Assembly: GCF_004010195.1 (NCBI RefSeq)
Contig: NC_057757.1
Coordinates: forward strand, 6,166,885-6,230,884
Source of the DNA: Chiloscyllium plagiosum
Lineage: Eukaryota
Length of the DNA stretch: 64,000 nucleotides
Direction: 5' to 3'
This document shows, in pieces, positions 12,855-26,420 of this stretch. The notes under the pieces are model-generated. The model saw only the letters and a program-made list of their open reading frames with translations, was not told the DNA's origin and made no database searches. Each line of letters opens with the position of its first letter. The first letter of the stretch is position 1. The position numbers were made by a program, and so were the translations under genes.

Positions 12855-13162
12855 ATTAGATTAGATTCCCTATGGTATGGAAACAGGCCCTTCGGCCCAA
12901 CAAGTCCACACCGACCCTCCGAAGACCATTCTCCTACATTTACCCCTGACTAATGCACCTAACACTACAGGCAATTTAGCATGGCCAATTCATCTAATCT
13001 GCACATCTTTGGACTGTGGGAGGAAACCGGAGCACCTGGAGGAAACCCACACAGACATGAGAAGATGTGCAAACTCCACACAGATAGTCGCCCGAGACAG
13101 GAATTGAACTCAGGTCCCTGCCGCTGTGAGGCAGCAGTGCTAACCACTGAGCTACCGTGCTG
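12855..13162 (-). mobile_element. HE1-type SINE
   Basis: tRNA-like head near 13160, central core, and (attag)n tail on the reverse strand. Confidence 0.85.
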
Positions 13163-13184
13163 CTCAAATGAAAAAAAAAGCAGA

Positions 13185-14195
13185 TAGAGTCATAGCACGG
13201 AAACAGACCCTTTGGTCCAACTCGTCCATGCTGACCAAATATCCCAATCCAATCTAGTCCCACTTGCCAGCACCCAGTCCATATCCCTCTAAACTCATAT
13301 TCATATACCCATTCAGATGCCTTTTAAATGTTGCAATTGTACCAGCCTCCACCACTTCCTCTGGCTGCTCATTCCATACACATACAACCCTCTGTGTGAA
13401 CAAATTGCCCCTCAAGTCTCTTTTCTATCTTTCCCCTCTCACCCTAAACCTATGCCCGTTAGTTGTGGACTCCCCCACCCCAGGGAAGAGACTTTGTCTA
13501 TTTATCCTATCATGATTTTATAAACCTCTAGAAGGTCACCCCTCAGTAATGAAAGATTGCAGAGGGTTCTAGGTGTCCTGCCCAGAAGGAGCCAGAAAGG
13601 ACTAATATGCAGATACAGCAAGTAATGCGGAAAGCTAATTGGGAACTGAACACAAAAGCGGGGAGGTTACACTTCAGTTATATAGGGCATTGGTGAGCAC
13701 TGTATTGGTCTCCTTATTTAAGGAAGGATGCAAGTATGTTGGAGGCAGTTCGAGGGTCCATTAGACTCATACCTGGAATGGGCAGGTTGGACAGGCTGGG
13801 CTTATATCCACTAGAATTTCGGAAAGTATAGAGCGACTTGACTGAAACATGTAAGATCCTGAGAGGTCCTGATTGGGTGGATGTGGAGAGGATGGATCTT
13901 CTTGTGGGAGAATCTAGAACTGGGAGTAACTGTTTAAAAAGAAAGGGGTCACCCATTTAAAATGGAAAGGAGGCGATTTCTTTTCTTATAGTCGGCCATA
14001 AGTCTTTGGAACTCTCTGCCTCAAAAGCAGAGCCTGTGAATGTTTTGAAGGCTGAAGGAGGTAGATTCTTGCTAAGCAATGGGGCAAAAGATTTTCAGGA
14101 GATGGAGGAATGCAGATTTGAGGTTAGAATCAGATCAGGCAGCATCTTATTGAATGGCACAGCAGGTTTGAGGGGCTGAATGGCCTACTCCTGCT
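13185..14195. mobile_element. CR1 fragments in both orientations
   Basis: Reverse CR1 tail at 13185-13545; forward CR1 RT end and 3' UTR at ~13550-14195. Confidence 0.7.
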
Positions 14196-14677
14196 CATAC
14201 ATTCACTCTTACCATATGCCAAAGGCACATGTTGGAAGGATGTTCAGACTGAACCTCAGCCTGTTTGACCATGTTATGAACACTTCTGAAAGGGACTTGG
14301 TCCCATAGCCTCTGGATCAGAGGCAAGAACACTGTCCATTGCCTCACATTAGCTCTGGTCCTTTTGCCAATAACTTAAATCTGTGTCCCTCTGTTTACGA
14401 GCCTCCTTAGCAGTGGAGTTTCTCCCACTTTCATTTCCTCCATCAAAGACCTTCAGAATTTTGAGCATCTTCATTAATAGCCCTTTATCCATCTCTGACT
14501 CAGGGAGAGCAAGTCTGACTTTCAACCTCTCCAATTGGCTGGCATCCCTCATCCTTGGCATCATTCTGTACAAATCCATTCAGCACTCTCTTCCAAGGCT
14601 TTCTCATCCCTCTCGATAGTGTGATGCCAAGACCTGAGCACAACATTCCAGTTCAGATGATCCAGTACTTTACAAAG

Positions 14678-14998
14678 AATCATAGAATCCCTACAGCCAT
14701 TCGGCCCATCAAATCCACACCAACCCTCCAAAGAGCATCATACCCAGACCCACCCTATCCCTGTGACCCTACATTTCCCCATTGATCCTAGCCTGCACAT
14801 CCCTGGACACCATGGGCAGCCTAGCATGGCCAATCCACCCTAACCTGCACATCTTTGGACTGTGGGAGGAAATCGGAGTAAACCCACACAGACACGGGGA
14901 GAACATGCAAACTCCAACACAGCCAGTAGTCTGAGGTCAGAATCGAATCTGGATCCCTGGCACTGTGAGGCAGCAGCGCTAACTACTCGGTCCCTGTG
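14678..14998 (-). mobile_element. HE1-type SINE
   Basis: Matches the other HE1 copies in reverse orientation. Confidence 0.8.
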
Positions 14999-16799
14999 CA
15001 TTTCTATGCCATGACTCTATTGTTAGAGTCAGGAATCCTGAACATCTTTTCTTAAGCAATCTTTTCTCCTGTTGTGTTGCCTACTAAGAGTTGTGTAGCT
15101 CTGCCCCCACCCCTTTCCGTTCTCAAACATGCTATCATCATCCCTTTTAATCAATGCTGCTGCTTCTGATTCTTCAAAGTGCATCACTTCACCCTTCATG
15201 TGTGTGGAGTTCATGTATGTAAATTCATGGAGTGTCCATAATAAATAAAATTGCAAGAAATAGGAGCATGAATAGGCCATTCGACCCCTCAGGACTGTTC
15301 TGCCATTCATTATGATCATGACTGATCTCACTGTGGTCTTAACTCCACTTTCCTGCACTGCCCTCAGCAACCATCAACTCCTGTGACAATCAAAACCTCA
15401 TTGAAACGGCTTCTGCTGCTCTCTCGGGGAGAGAGTTTCAAAAACTCATGATGCTCTGAGAGAAGAAGTTCCTCCTCATCTCCTCAGAGAGACCCCTGAC
15501 TTTGAAAGTGTGCTCCTGGTTCTCAGTTCCCTCACAAGAGGAAACTTCTCAACATGCACTTTGTTGGGCGTCCTCAAGAGTCTTATGTCTTTCAATTTGA
15601 TCACCTCTTATTCAAAACTCCAATACGATCACCTCTTATTCAAAACTCCAATACTTATAGGTCTAACCAGCTTGACCTTTCTTTAGAAAGACAAGTCCTT
15701 TGTCCTGGGAATCAGGACAGATTGGAGGATCTTCATCAGCTGATATTTTATCCTGAGTTATTTCCATCTTAGTATTTTTTGCCAGTTGGGGTTTGCCATT
15801 TCCTTCCACTTCAAGAGGCATATCCCGAGACCATTTCACCTGGATGGGGAATTCAAATCCCACCATTGTTGATTGATGGGAAAAACCCATCAGACCGGCT
15901 CATGCCTTTTAGGGAAGGAAACGTCGATTCTCCTGCTCCTTGGATGCTGCCTGACCTGCTGCGCTTTTCCAGCAACACATTTTCAGTAGGGAAGGAAACT
16001 GCCATCCTTACCTGGTCTGGCCGACATGTGGCTCCAGACCCACAGCAATGTGGTTGACTCTTAACTGCCTTCTGGGAAATACATGTTGGCCTAGCCAGTG
16101 ATGACTTCATCCTGTGAATAAATAAAGTAAAATGCTTGAATGACCCTGGTTCAATTCTCCCTCGAGCTAGTCTTTCTTTGGACTCTATGATTGGACTTGG
16201 CTTCCTGTGTATGCCCTGCAGGTAAATGGTTTTGCCATGATTGAGTGTTTTTTTTAGTTCATTGTAACAGCACTGCAAACAGTGATGCTTATAATTGTTC
16301 AAACAAACTTAGTTTCCCTGATATAAGCACAAAAAGTGCTGGAGAAAAACAGCAGGTCTAACAGCATCTATGAAAGCAGAAACCGCTAACATTTCCGATT
16401 CACTATGACTCTTTCTGAGAATACGAAGGACTCTTCAAAATGCTTCGTGTTCTGAGAAAAAGTCATACCAGACTCGAAACATCAACTCTGTTTTTCTCTC
16501 TCTGCAGATGCTGCCAGACCTGCTGAGTTTCTCCAGCATTCGTTTCAGATTTGCGCAGAACTCTGCTTTTATTGGTTCGTCTGATGCTAACTTCCATTTT
16601 ATTGTTCACACAGTTTATTTTGAAAGTGAAGACTTTGATTGGCAGCTGTGGTAAGCTTCTGATACAACATGCTTGCAAGTATATCCAGTGATGAAAAAGA
16701 TAGTTTTATTGGAGGACAACCTTCTCACAAGCATGCGCTGTTAATTCGATCGTTAATTTATCCAAAACTCAAAAAAGTCAGTGTGTCTTGCTCTCTAAG

Positions 16800-16856
16800 C
16801 TGCTGCAAGGGCAAAGGTCAGTGTGCGTGGGCATTTGGAAAACTTTGAACCCAACC
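16800..16856 (+). CDS. Candidate 57-bp exon 2 of the SPEM-like gene (LLQGQRSVCVGIWKTLNPT)
   Basis: Acceptor tcttgctctctaag and donor ACC|gtgagt; open in phase 0; non-repetitive flanks. Confidence 0.3.
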
Positions 16857-17063
16857 GTGAGTGACTCAGGGGGTAGTGCTCCTACCTCCGGATCAGATGA
16901 GAATTGGTGGTGCTGAGCGAATGCAGAGGAGCCACCAATCAGGAGAGAGACATTAAACCACCAGCTGTGGCTGGGCATTAAAGATTCCTTGGTGCCAATT
17001 AGAAGGAAAGCAGGGAGCGAGAACCCCACTGGAATACAATTGGAAAGTGCTGCAGGACCCTCA

Positions 17064-17372
17064 GCACAGTGGCTCAGTGGTCAGCCCTGCTGCCTCACAG
17101 CACCAGAGACCTGGGTTATATTCCACTCTCAGGCAACTTCTGTGTAGAGTTTACACATTCTCCCCATGTCTGTGTGGATTTCCTCCTGCAGTACACGCAT
17201 ATGCAGGTTAGGTGGATTGGCCATGCTAAGTTGCCCATGGCGTCCAGGGATCTGTAGGTGAGATGGTTTAGCCATGAGCAGTGTGGGCTGTGGCTCTGGG
17301 TGGGCTGCCCTTCGGAGGGTCTGTGTGTACTCAATGGGCTGAATGGCCTGCTTCCACACTGTAGGGATTCTA
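17064..17372 (+). mobile_element. HE1-type SINE
   Basis: Begins gcacagtggctcagtgg and ends ttccacactgtagggattct. Confidence 0.85.
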
Positions 17373-17449
17373 AGTTGGGCAGGATCTTTCCCAAGCACTT
17401 CCTGTTCTTATTTCAGATCTCCAGCAACAACAGCGTTTTGCTTTGAGTT

Positions 17450-17655
17450 ATCTCTGGTGTCCTGTGGCCAATATTGATCCCTCGGCAAACATCACAAAAA
17501 CAGATTATGTGGTCATTATTACATTGCTGTTTGCAGGAGCTTGCTGTGTGTAAATGAGCTGCTGTGCTTCGTATAACATTACTCTGTTGGCTGAGGAAGC
17601 ACGTTAGGGCATCCTGGGCTAATGGAAGGTGATATTTAAATACAAGTCTTGCTTT
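17450..17655 (+). mobile_element. Ancient Deu-domain-like SINE fragment (SacSINE1/AmnSINE-like)
   Basis: acattgctgtttgcaggagcttgctgtgtgtaaatgagctgc; similar degenerate copies at ~6260-6390 and on the minus strand at ~38060-38200. Confidence 0.5.
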
Positions 17656-18591
17656 TTGTTCTTTCTGACCTCCTTAAACAATGCAATTTAAGGATTGAGA
17701 AAGAAAGACAGAAAGAAGGGAAATTTCACGTCAAAAGAGAGAGAGAGAGAGAGAGAGATAAAGAGAGGGAAAGAAAGACTGGATGGAGAGACAGTGAAAA
17801 AATCCACATAGAAACAGTAAGAAAGTTTTTTAGATGTTTTAAATCTTTAAGATTGGAGTTGGTGGAATGACCCTGTACAGTTTAAATGTTCACTTTCCAG
17901 ATCAGGAGGGGTTTGTTGTATTTTGCATTTGCAGTTATCACTGTTACAAGGCCTGACTTCCTGCAAGGACTTTAGAGGGCTATTAATATGCAAATCCAAC
18001 AAAACTTTGGACAGCAGAATGGGATCCTTCATATCCACCGGAGAGAGTAATTACGGCCTTTGTTAATCTCATCTGACAGCCGTATCTATCTAGATTTTAC
18101 AAGAATGCGAGAAGATCTCATTAAAACTTAAGATTCAAGGGGGCTCGGCAGGATAAATGCTGAGAGGGTGTTGCAGGACTCTAGACATTGGGGGTGTGGG
18201 GAGGGGGCATAGTTTCAACATGGGGGATCTCCCTTTTAGGAGGGAGATAAAGAGGATTATTTTTCTTTCAGAGGTCTTTAGTGTTTGGCATTCTCTCACA
18301 CCAGAGAGCAGCGGATATATATTAAAGTTTGCATTAGACAGGTTTCTGATTGAAGAGGGAGTCAGCAGTTGTAGTCGGAAAGGTGGAGCTGGGACCATAA
18401 TCAGATTAGCCATACTCTTGCTAGATGGCAGAGCAGGCTTGAGGGGCAGAATAGCCTGGCCCTTGCATTCTTGAGAACACATCTTCAGTTTTGCACTGGA
18501 CAGTCTACCTGAGCTACTTGAGCTTGGAGTGGTAATTAAACCTGCAAACTCCTGACTCAAGGGGCTATTAGCCCCAGCTGACCCCTCACCA

Positions 18592-19998
18592 GGGTGGGAC
18601 GGTGGCTCAGTGATGGGTACTGCTGCCTCACAATGCCAGGGACCCGGGTTCAATTCCAACCTTGGGCGACTGTGCAGAGTTTGCACATTCTCCCTGTCTG
18701 CATGGGTTTCCTCTAGGTGCTCCGGATTCCTCCCACAGTCCAAAGATGTGCAGGTTAGGGTGGATTGGCCATGCTAAATTGCTCATAGTGTGCAGGTTTG
18801 TTGGATTGACCATGCTAAATTGCTCATAGTGTGCAGGTTAGATGGATTGACCATGCTAAATTATCCATATTGCCCAGGTATGTGCATGTTAGGGTGGACT
18901 GGCCATGCTAAATGCTAAACCTCTACAAAGGTTTATCTTAGCCTGCTGGACCAACTTTCCTCATTCCTGAAGAAGGGCTAATGCCCGAAACGTCGATTCT
19001 CCTGTTCCCTAGATGCTGCCTGACCTGCTGCGCTTTTCCAGCAACACATTTCCATCTCTGATCTCCAGCATCTGCAGACCTCACTTTCTCCTCAAAGATT
19101 TCAACCTACTGCGAATCCTTTTACAAGGATGCCTTCCTTGAAGAAGCTCTCTTCCTCCCTCTACAAAGATTGCTGGACAAACTTTCCCCATTCCTGAAGA
19201 AGGGCTTATGCCCGAAACGTCGATTCTCCTGTTCCCTGGATGCTGCCTGACCTGCTGCGCTTTTCCAGCAACACATTTNNNNNNNNNNNNNNNNNNNNNN
19301 NNNNNNNNNNNNNNNNNNNNNNNNNNNNNNNNNNNNNNNNNNNNNNNNNNNNNNNNNNNNNNNNNNNNNNNNNNNNNNNNNNNNNNNNNNNNNNNNNNNN
19401 NNNNNNNNNNNNNNNNNNNNNNNNNNNNNNNNNNNNNNNNNNNNNNNNNNNNATGGGCTAATGCCCGAAACGTCGATTCTCCTGTTGCCTAGATGCTGCC
19501 TGACCTGCTGCGCTTTTCCAGCAACACATTTCCATCTCTGATCTCCAGCATCTGCAGACCTCACTTTCTCCTCAAAGATTTCAACCTACTGCGAATCCTC
19601 TTACAAGGATGCCTTCCTTGAAGAAGCTCTCTTTCTCCCTCTACAAAGGTTTATCTTAGCCTGCTGGACCAACTTTCCTCATTCCTGAAGAAGGGCTAAT
19701 GCCCGAAACGTCGATTCTCCTGTTCCCTAGATGCTGCCTGACCTGCTGCGCTTTTCCAGCAACACATTTCCATCTCTGGCCATGCTAAATTGCCCATGGT
19801 GTCCAGGGATGTGCAGGTTAGGGTGGATTGACCATGCTAAATTGCCCATAGTGTCCAGGGATGTGCAGGTTGTGTGGGTTAGCCATGGGATGTGCAGTTA
19901 CAGGGAGAGGGTTGGATCTGGGTGGTATGGTCTTCGGAGGGTTGGTATGGACTCTATGGATCGAATGGCCTGCTTCCACACTTAGGGATTCTATGATT
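18592..19998 (+). mobile_element. HE1 SINE interrupted by a tandem array of PLE termini
   Basis: SINE head at 18592-18913 and SINE tail at 19776-19998, with a ~238-bp unit repeated in between. Confidence 0.8.
18921..19775 (+). repeat. Tandem ~238-bp PLE-terminal units, each with a hammerhead-like core (contains N gap)
   Basis: ctctacaaag at 18921, 19159 and 19639. cctgaagaagggctaatgcccgaaacgtcg (or a 1-nt variant) in each unit; the copy after the gap is truncated. Confidence 0.85.
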
Positions 19999-20614
19999 CA
20001 GTCACAACCACAAATGAGAAACATGTCCTGATGACTCATTAGCTCACAGCAACCAGTAGATGAACCACACAATCAAGAAACTGTTGAAGATTGGCAACAA
20101 TCCCAGCTTTAGATCATTGTTCAGTGTCCAGCCAATTTTCCACACCTTGTAGGTCAACCTCAGCCTCAGTTTGAGATTGCCACAGTGGCCTTGCCCTCAA
20201 CCCCTCACTTCCTTTTATTTGTAACCTCAAGATCACTGCACACTTCCAACTCACCCCCCGAATCATCTTCTGTTCCCACCATTGGTGGCCGTGACCTCAG
20301 TTGTCTGAGCTCTATGTTCTGGAATCCTTTCCCCTAAACCTCTCATCCTCTCTCTCTGTCCTTTAAGACAATCCTTAAAACTTATAACCTTTGGTCACCA
20401 GTCCCTTTGTTCTTCTTATGTGACTCAGTGTCAGATGTCATTTGGATAATACTTTTTTGAGACACTTTATTAGGTTAATGGGGAAGTGATGGTGCAGTCA
20501 TATTTTTGCTAGAGGTCCCAGATTCAAATCCCACAGGGTTAAAAGTTTAATATAATTAAAAGAAAATCTGCAGATGAAAAGTGACTGTGAAATCATTGTT
20601 ATAAGCTATTGTTT

Positions 20615-20960
20615 GGGGTGACATGGTGGCTCAGTGGTTAGCACTGCTGTCTCACAGTGTAAGGGACTGGGTTAGAGTCCACCCTTGGGCATCTGTCTGT
20701 GCGGAGTTTGCACATTCTCCCCGTGTCTGCGTGGGTTTCCTCTGGTTTCCTCCCACAGTCCAAAGATGTGCAGATTAGGGTGGATTGACCATGCTAAATT
20801 GCCCATTGTGTCCAAGGCTGTGAGGCGAGGTGGATTAGCCATGGGAAATATGGGGTTACAGGGATAGGGTAGGAGGGTATGGGCGAGCTGCTGTTCTGAG
20901 GGTTAGCATGGACTCAATGAGCTGAATGGCTTGCTTCCAAACTGTAGGGTTTCTACAATA
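20615..20960 (+). mobile_element. HE1-type SINE
   Basis: Head ggtggctcagtggttagcactgctgtctcacag plus core and tail. Confidence 0.85.
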
Positions 20961-21352
20961 GGATTCTCTGAAATGCCCTTCAGAGAAGGAAATCTGGTCT
21001 AGGGTATGTGTGACTTGAGACCCACAAGAAGACATGGTAAATCTTAACTGGTAATTAAGATGGGTTGATAAGTGATTGAGACATTGCAACTGTTTTTTTT
21101 TTAAATAAAGGTGCCTTATTGTTATTTTGCAACTCTCTGAGTCAAATAGTTTATGAATGCCTAAAACTGGGCTTGGACTTAATGGGCCGAATGGACGCCA
21201 TCTAAGCCATAATGGATACCTGAGCTCATGCACAAAGAGCAGAAGTCTTTGATGATGTGAAACATCAGTATGAGGCCTTAGTCATCAGATAAGTCATAAT
21301 TGCAAATACAAATGATTTTGATAAAAATTCCAATATTTGTTTTGATTCTTAG

Positions 21353-21409
21353 GCACGGAGACAAGAGATGCAGTTACCCAAGTCTCGGCAACCAGACTTT
21401 GTTCTTCAT
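21353..21409 (+). CDS. Candidate 57-bp internal exon (ARRQEMQLPKSRQPDFVLH in phase 0)
   Basis: Strong acceptor atttgttttgattcttag and donor CAT|gtgagt; open frame. Confidence 0.35.
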
Positions 21410-21807
21410 GTGAGTTGAAACTAATTCTCTAGTGTCATCCAAGTGACACAGTGCACTGGCATCACGGGTGATTGGCTAAATAGTCCCTCCAAGTCATCAA
21501 ACACTTCCCAACTGGGACCGCTTTGGTTAGTCTGAGTGAGCTGTGCCCTGTGGGCCCCATTCTCAGCCTCTGCAGAGTTTGAATAGGGTGACCTCCAGCA
21601 GCCAATGGGGTAAAGTTGTCTAAAGTCAGATTGGCAGGATAAAGGGATGGTGTTTAAAAGGATATATACTTGGAAAGGAAAGGTCATATGATATGGGGGA
21701 ACAGAAGGGGACTGGGAATAATCAGATAGCTTTCAAAGCGCTGGGACCAGCACATGATGGGCCAAGTGACCTCTGCCAGTACCTTACATTGCATTTTTAC
21801 AAATGGT

Positions 21808-22165
21808 GGGAGGCACGGTGGCTCAGTGGTTAGCACTGCTGCCTCACAGTGTCAGAGAGCCAGGTTCAATTCCACTTTTGGGTGACTGTCTGTGTGAAGT
21901 TAACACATTCTCCCCGTATCTGCATGAGTTTCCTCTGGGTGCTCCGATTTCCTCCCACAGTCCAAAGATGTGCAGGTTAGATACATTGGCCATGCTAAAT
22001 TGCCCATATGGTCCAGGATGTGTAGGTTAGGTGGATTGACCATGGGAAATGTAGGGTTATGGAGATAAGATTGGGTGATGAGTCTGGGTGGGATGCTCTT
22101 CAGAAGTCAGCGTGGACTCGATGGGCCGAATGGCCAGCTTCCACGCTGTAGGGAATTCTATGATT
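21808..22165 (+). mobile_element. HE1-type SINE
   Basis: Full head, core and tail. Confidence 0.85.
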
Positions 22166-22509
22166 CACAATGAGGACAAGGAGGAGGTAACCATTTGCAT
22201 ACAGTGTTAAAGACAGCAGATTCTGGCCTCTTAAGTGGAGATGTTGAAGCTCCTCCATGGCCTTCCAGTGTAGGGCTTGGGACCACAGAAGGCCCTCCAA
22301 TGGAGTAAACCCACTGACGTGCTTCAGAAAGGTTTGAGGGGACTGGACACTGCGTCTAGTCAAAAAGGCAAGCAAGCAAGCAGGGGTGGGGATGATCTCA
22401 GTCAGAGGGGCTTTAAACTGATGTTCCCGACAAGCTGCAGGGCTGGGCAGTGCTCTGGAATGAGTACCTTCAAGATGAGCACTTCTCCGACTGGACACCT
22501 TTCTTAAAG

Positions 22510-22553
22510 GTACCACGCAGTGCAGCAAACAGGCCACGGAAAACAAAGACAAG
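22510..22553 (+). CDS. Candidate 44-bp exon (VPRSAANRPRKTKT, phase 0 to 2)
   Basis: Modest acceptor cctttcttaaag and donor AAG|gtaaag; phase is compatible with the acceptor at 28088. Confidence 0.2.
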
Positions 22554-24002
22554 GTAAAGGGAAGATGGCTGAAGGCATGGCTGACAATGACGGAGTGTAG
22601 GGACGGAGAAAATAGGGGTCCCGTAGGAATAAAGAATTCAAGGAAAGGTGCAGAACAGAGTGCTGGAGGAGGTTAGGGCTCTAATCTGGTAACCACCAAG
22701 ATGGCTGCCTTATAGACCTCTTTGCAGCTCCACACTCATATTACAATCCTTCACCCTTTTCCCCACAGTTTCCTATCTAACATCCTGGGACCAATTTAGT
22801 CCAAGCTATTATAGAGTCATCGAACTGTACAGCACAGACTTGTCCATGCCAATCAGGAATCTTAAATTAATCTAGTTCCATTTGCCAGCACCTGGCCCAT
22901 ATCCCTCCAAACCCTTCCTATTCATATACTCAACCAGATGCCTTTTACATGGTGCAATTGTACCAGCCTCCACCACTTCCTCTGGCAGCTCATTCCATAC
23001 ACGCACCACCCTCTGTGTGAAAAAGTTGCCCATTAGATCCTTTTGAAATCCTTCCCTCTCACCTTAAACTTATGTCCTCTAGTTTTGGACCCCCCACCCC
23101 ACCAGGAAAAAGACCTTGGCTATTCATCCTATCCATGCCTATTAACCCACTCACCTTATCCATCCACCCTATTAAGCTCACGCTGCAATCCCTATAGCCT
23201 ATCAAACACCTCTCCTGACCCTGTCCTCTCGACCTTTGGAACTCTGCTCAAACCTGTCCTTCCGCCTCTTCCCTCAGGATTGCGTGGCTGCGCTGAACTC
23301 CACTGCAAGGTTCTTGACTGGTGTGACTCTGCTCTGCTACTCATTCGCCTCAAGATTTAAGGTAACCTTTTCCCACCCCGTCCTGCAAGTGGTTCATGAA
23401 GGTAGCTCGCTATCACTTTCTCCAGGGCAATTAGAGACAGGACGATAAATGCTGGCCCACCCAGCAACGTCCATGTCCCATTAACAAATACCATACAAAA
23501 AGTGTCCGATTTCCCATCAATGCAAGGCTGCTTCCTCACTTTCTGGGGTCTCACAGTAATGTCCAATTGCCTGTGGATTGTGTCGGGATTCATTGGAACA
23601 GTGCACGCAAATCAAACTCCATCATTCCTGCAGGTATTACAAATTTGATCAAGCCACTGATGTGACCAATTTTACCAACTTCACGTTAAAAGAATACAGG
23701 TTTCTTTTTTCTATTAACAAGATAAACAACCTTTTTTTTAACCAATGGCACAATAAAAGACAAAAATGACGAAAAACTATGGAGGATGGAGATCTGAAAC
23801 AAAGAGTATCCCCAGGAAAAAAAATGGACAAGTTGAAACACTAACCGATAAATGAATCTCTACCCCTTTCTTAAAAATCCCTTACATATACAGTCACACA
23901 AAACAAGATGTGCAAGCATTGTAGCTGGGGAAGATTTTGTTAAAACGTCAGATGGACAGTCCTGGCACCAGTCTGGATCACAGATGGTGATGAGTTGTTG
24001 TC

Positions 24003-24728
24003 AAGATTAGAGAGGTGCTGGAAAAGCACAGCAGGTCAGGCGGCATCCGAGGAGCAGGAACATTGACGTTTCGGGCAAAAGCCCTTCATCAGGAAATCAA
24101 CAAAGGCCTTACCTTCATCCCCCTCCGTCTATGCATCAACCATTTCAATACGCGTTGTGATGTCAAACACTTCTTTTGCCGCCTCCGAGCTTACATTTTT
24201 CATCAAGACTCCCGCCCACCTTCCGAGGACCCCTTCACCCGCCTCCAACACGCTGCATCCATCTGGACACCCCGCTCTCAACCTCTTTATTTCCAACTGC
24301 CGCCGAGACATTAACCATCTCAACCTGTCTACCCCCCTCCCCCAACTCCAACAATGCGCAGCCCTCCACTCCAACCCCAACCTCACCATCAAACCAGGAT
24401 GGGGGGGGGGGGGGGGGGGGGGTGCAGTGGTAGTTTGGCGCACTGACCTCTACACCACTGAAGCCAGATGCCAACTCGAAGACACCTCCTCCTACCACCC
24501 CCTCGACCACGACCTCAACCCCCCAACACCAAACCATCATCTCCCAGACCATACACAACCTCAACCTCATCACCTCAGGGGATCTCCCACCCACAGCTTC
24601 CAACCTCATAATTCGGGAATCCCGCACCACCCGGTTTATAAACCTCAGGTGCTGCCTGACCTGCTGTGCTTTTCCAGCACTACACTCTCGACTCTAATCT
24701 CCAGCATCTGCAGTACCCACTTCTGCCC
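24003..24728 (+). mobile_element. Penelope-like RT N-terminal fragment flanked by inverted PLE termini
   Basis: KGLTFIP...FFCRLR and LHSNPNLTIKP..GGAVVVWRTDLY (PLE IKPADKGG-type motif, disrupted by a poly-G run); terminal repeats at 24003-24095 (-) and 24650-24728 (+). Confidence 0.75.
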
Positions 24729-25139
24729 ATCAATGAGTTGTTTTCTAGTGATTATCCGTTGACTCCTTCCAATTCTTTGCTAATGATGTGAGGTGGTGAA
24801 TGCACTGCTTTTCAGTCTTTCATTCACTGGGTTTGGATCTGCCCTTCCAGTACCTCTGAGGGGGCTCTTTTCCCTTTTTCTTCCAGGTGGGGCTTTGCAG
24901 AGAGAGGAGCAGGAAAATCGATGTTTTGGGCCTGAAACATCGATCTTCCTGCTCCTCGGATGCTGCCTGACCGGCTGTGCTTTCCCAGCACCATACTCTC
25001 AAAATTGTAAATACAACTTATTTCTGTAACCTGCTTCTAAAACTGCAAACATATTACACAGTTTCCTTGGTTTAAAGCAGTATCTTCCCATTTTTAATCT
25101 ACCATCCGCCATGGACGGGTTGGACCAAAGGGACCAAGA

Positions 25140-26420
25140 GTGTGGAAATAGACAAGTCCCCTGGGCCAGATGGGATCTATCCTAGGATCCTCAGGGATGC
25201 AAGGGAAGAGATTGCTGAGCCTTTGGCATTGATCTTCAAATCATCATTGTCTACAGGAATAGTGCCTGAGGACTGGAGGATACCAAATGTGGCTCCCTTG
25301 TTCAAAAAGGATCGTAGAGGCAATCCTGGTAATTACAGACCAGTGAGTCTCACTTCAGTTGTTGGCAAAGTGTTGGAAAAGGTTATAAGAGATAGGATTT
25401 ATAACCATCTAGAAAAGAATAATCTGATCAGGGACAGTCAGCACGGTTTTGTGAAGGGTAGGTTGTGCCTAAGGAATCTTATTGAGTTTTTTGACAAAGT
25501 GACCAAACAGATATATGAGAGTAAACCGGTTGATGTGGTGTATATGAATTTCAGCAAGGCGTTCGATAAGGTTCCCCACAGTAGGCTATTATACAAAATG
25601 TAGAGGAATGGGATTGTGGGAGATATAGCAGTTTGGATCAGTAATTGGCTTGCTGAAAGAAAACAGAGGGTTGTAGTTGATGGAACATGTTCATCTTGGT
25701 GTCCAGTTACTGGCGGCGTACTGCAAGGGTGGGAGTTGGGTCCACTGCTCTTCGTCATTTTTATAAATGACCTGGATGAGGGCTTAGAAGGGTGGGTTAG
25801 TAAATTTGCGGACAACACTAAGGTCGGTGGAGTTGTGGATAGTGACGAAGGATGTAGTAGGTTNNNNNNNNNNNNNNNNNNNNNNNNNNNNNNNNNNNNN
25901 NNNNNNNNNNNNNNNNNNNNNNNNNNNNNNNNNNNNNNNNNNNNNNNNNNNNNNNNNNNNNNNNNNNNNNNNNNNNNNNNNNNNNNNNNNNNNNNNNNNN
26001 NNNNNNNNNNNNNNNNNNNNNNNNNNNNNNNNNNNNNNNNNNNNNNNNNNNNNNNNNNNNNNNNNNNNNNNNNNNNNNNNNNNNNNNNNNNNNNNNNNNN
26101 NNNNNNNNNNNNNNNNNNNNNNNNNNNNNNNNNNNNNAAAGTGAGGGGAGATAGGTAGAAGACAGATGTCAGAGGTAGTTTCTTTACTCAGAGAATAGTA
26201 AGGGTATAGAATGCTTTGCCTGCAACGGTAGTAGATTCGCCAAGTTTAAGTGCATTTAAGTCATCATTGGACAGGCAAATGGACGTCCATGGAATAGTGG
26301 GATGGGCTTCAGATTAGTATGACAGGGCGGCGCAACATCGAGGGCCGAAGGGCCTGTATTGCGCTGTAATGTTCTATGTTCTATGTCTGTTTCCATGCTG
26401 TACATCTCTATGACTCTATG
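25140..26420 (+). mobile_element. CR1 LINE ORF2 (RT) fragment with 3' end; contains N gap
   Basis: Peptides KSPGPDGIYPRIL, NYRPVSLTSVVGKVLE, FSKAFDKVPH and [11 protein letters not shown]; in-frame stop at 25601-25603. Confidence 0.9.

Noticed and set aside
22205..22509. Larger version of the candidate exon ending at 22553
   Set aside because: Five in-frame stops in the required frame; only the short 22510-22553 version was kept, at low confidence
25142..26158. Functional reverse transcriptase gene
   Set aside because: 5'-truncated CR1 with an in-frame stop and altered motifs; the 58730-61290 copy is also frameshifted and interrupted
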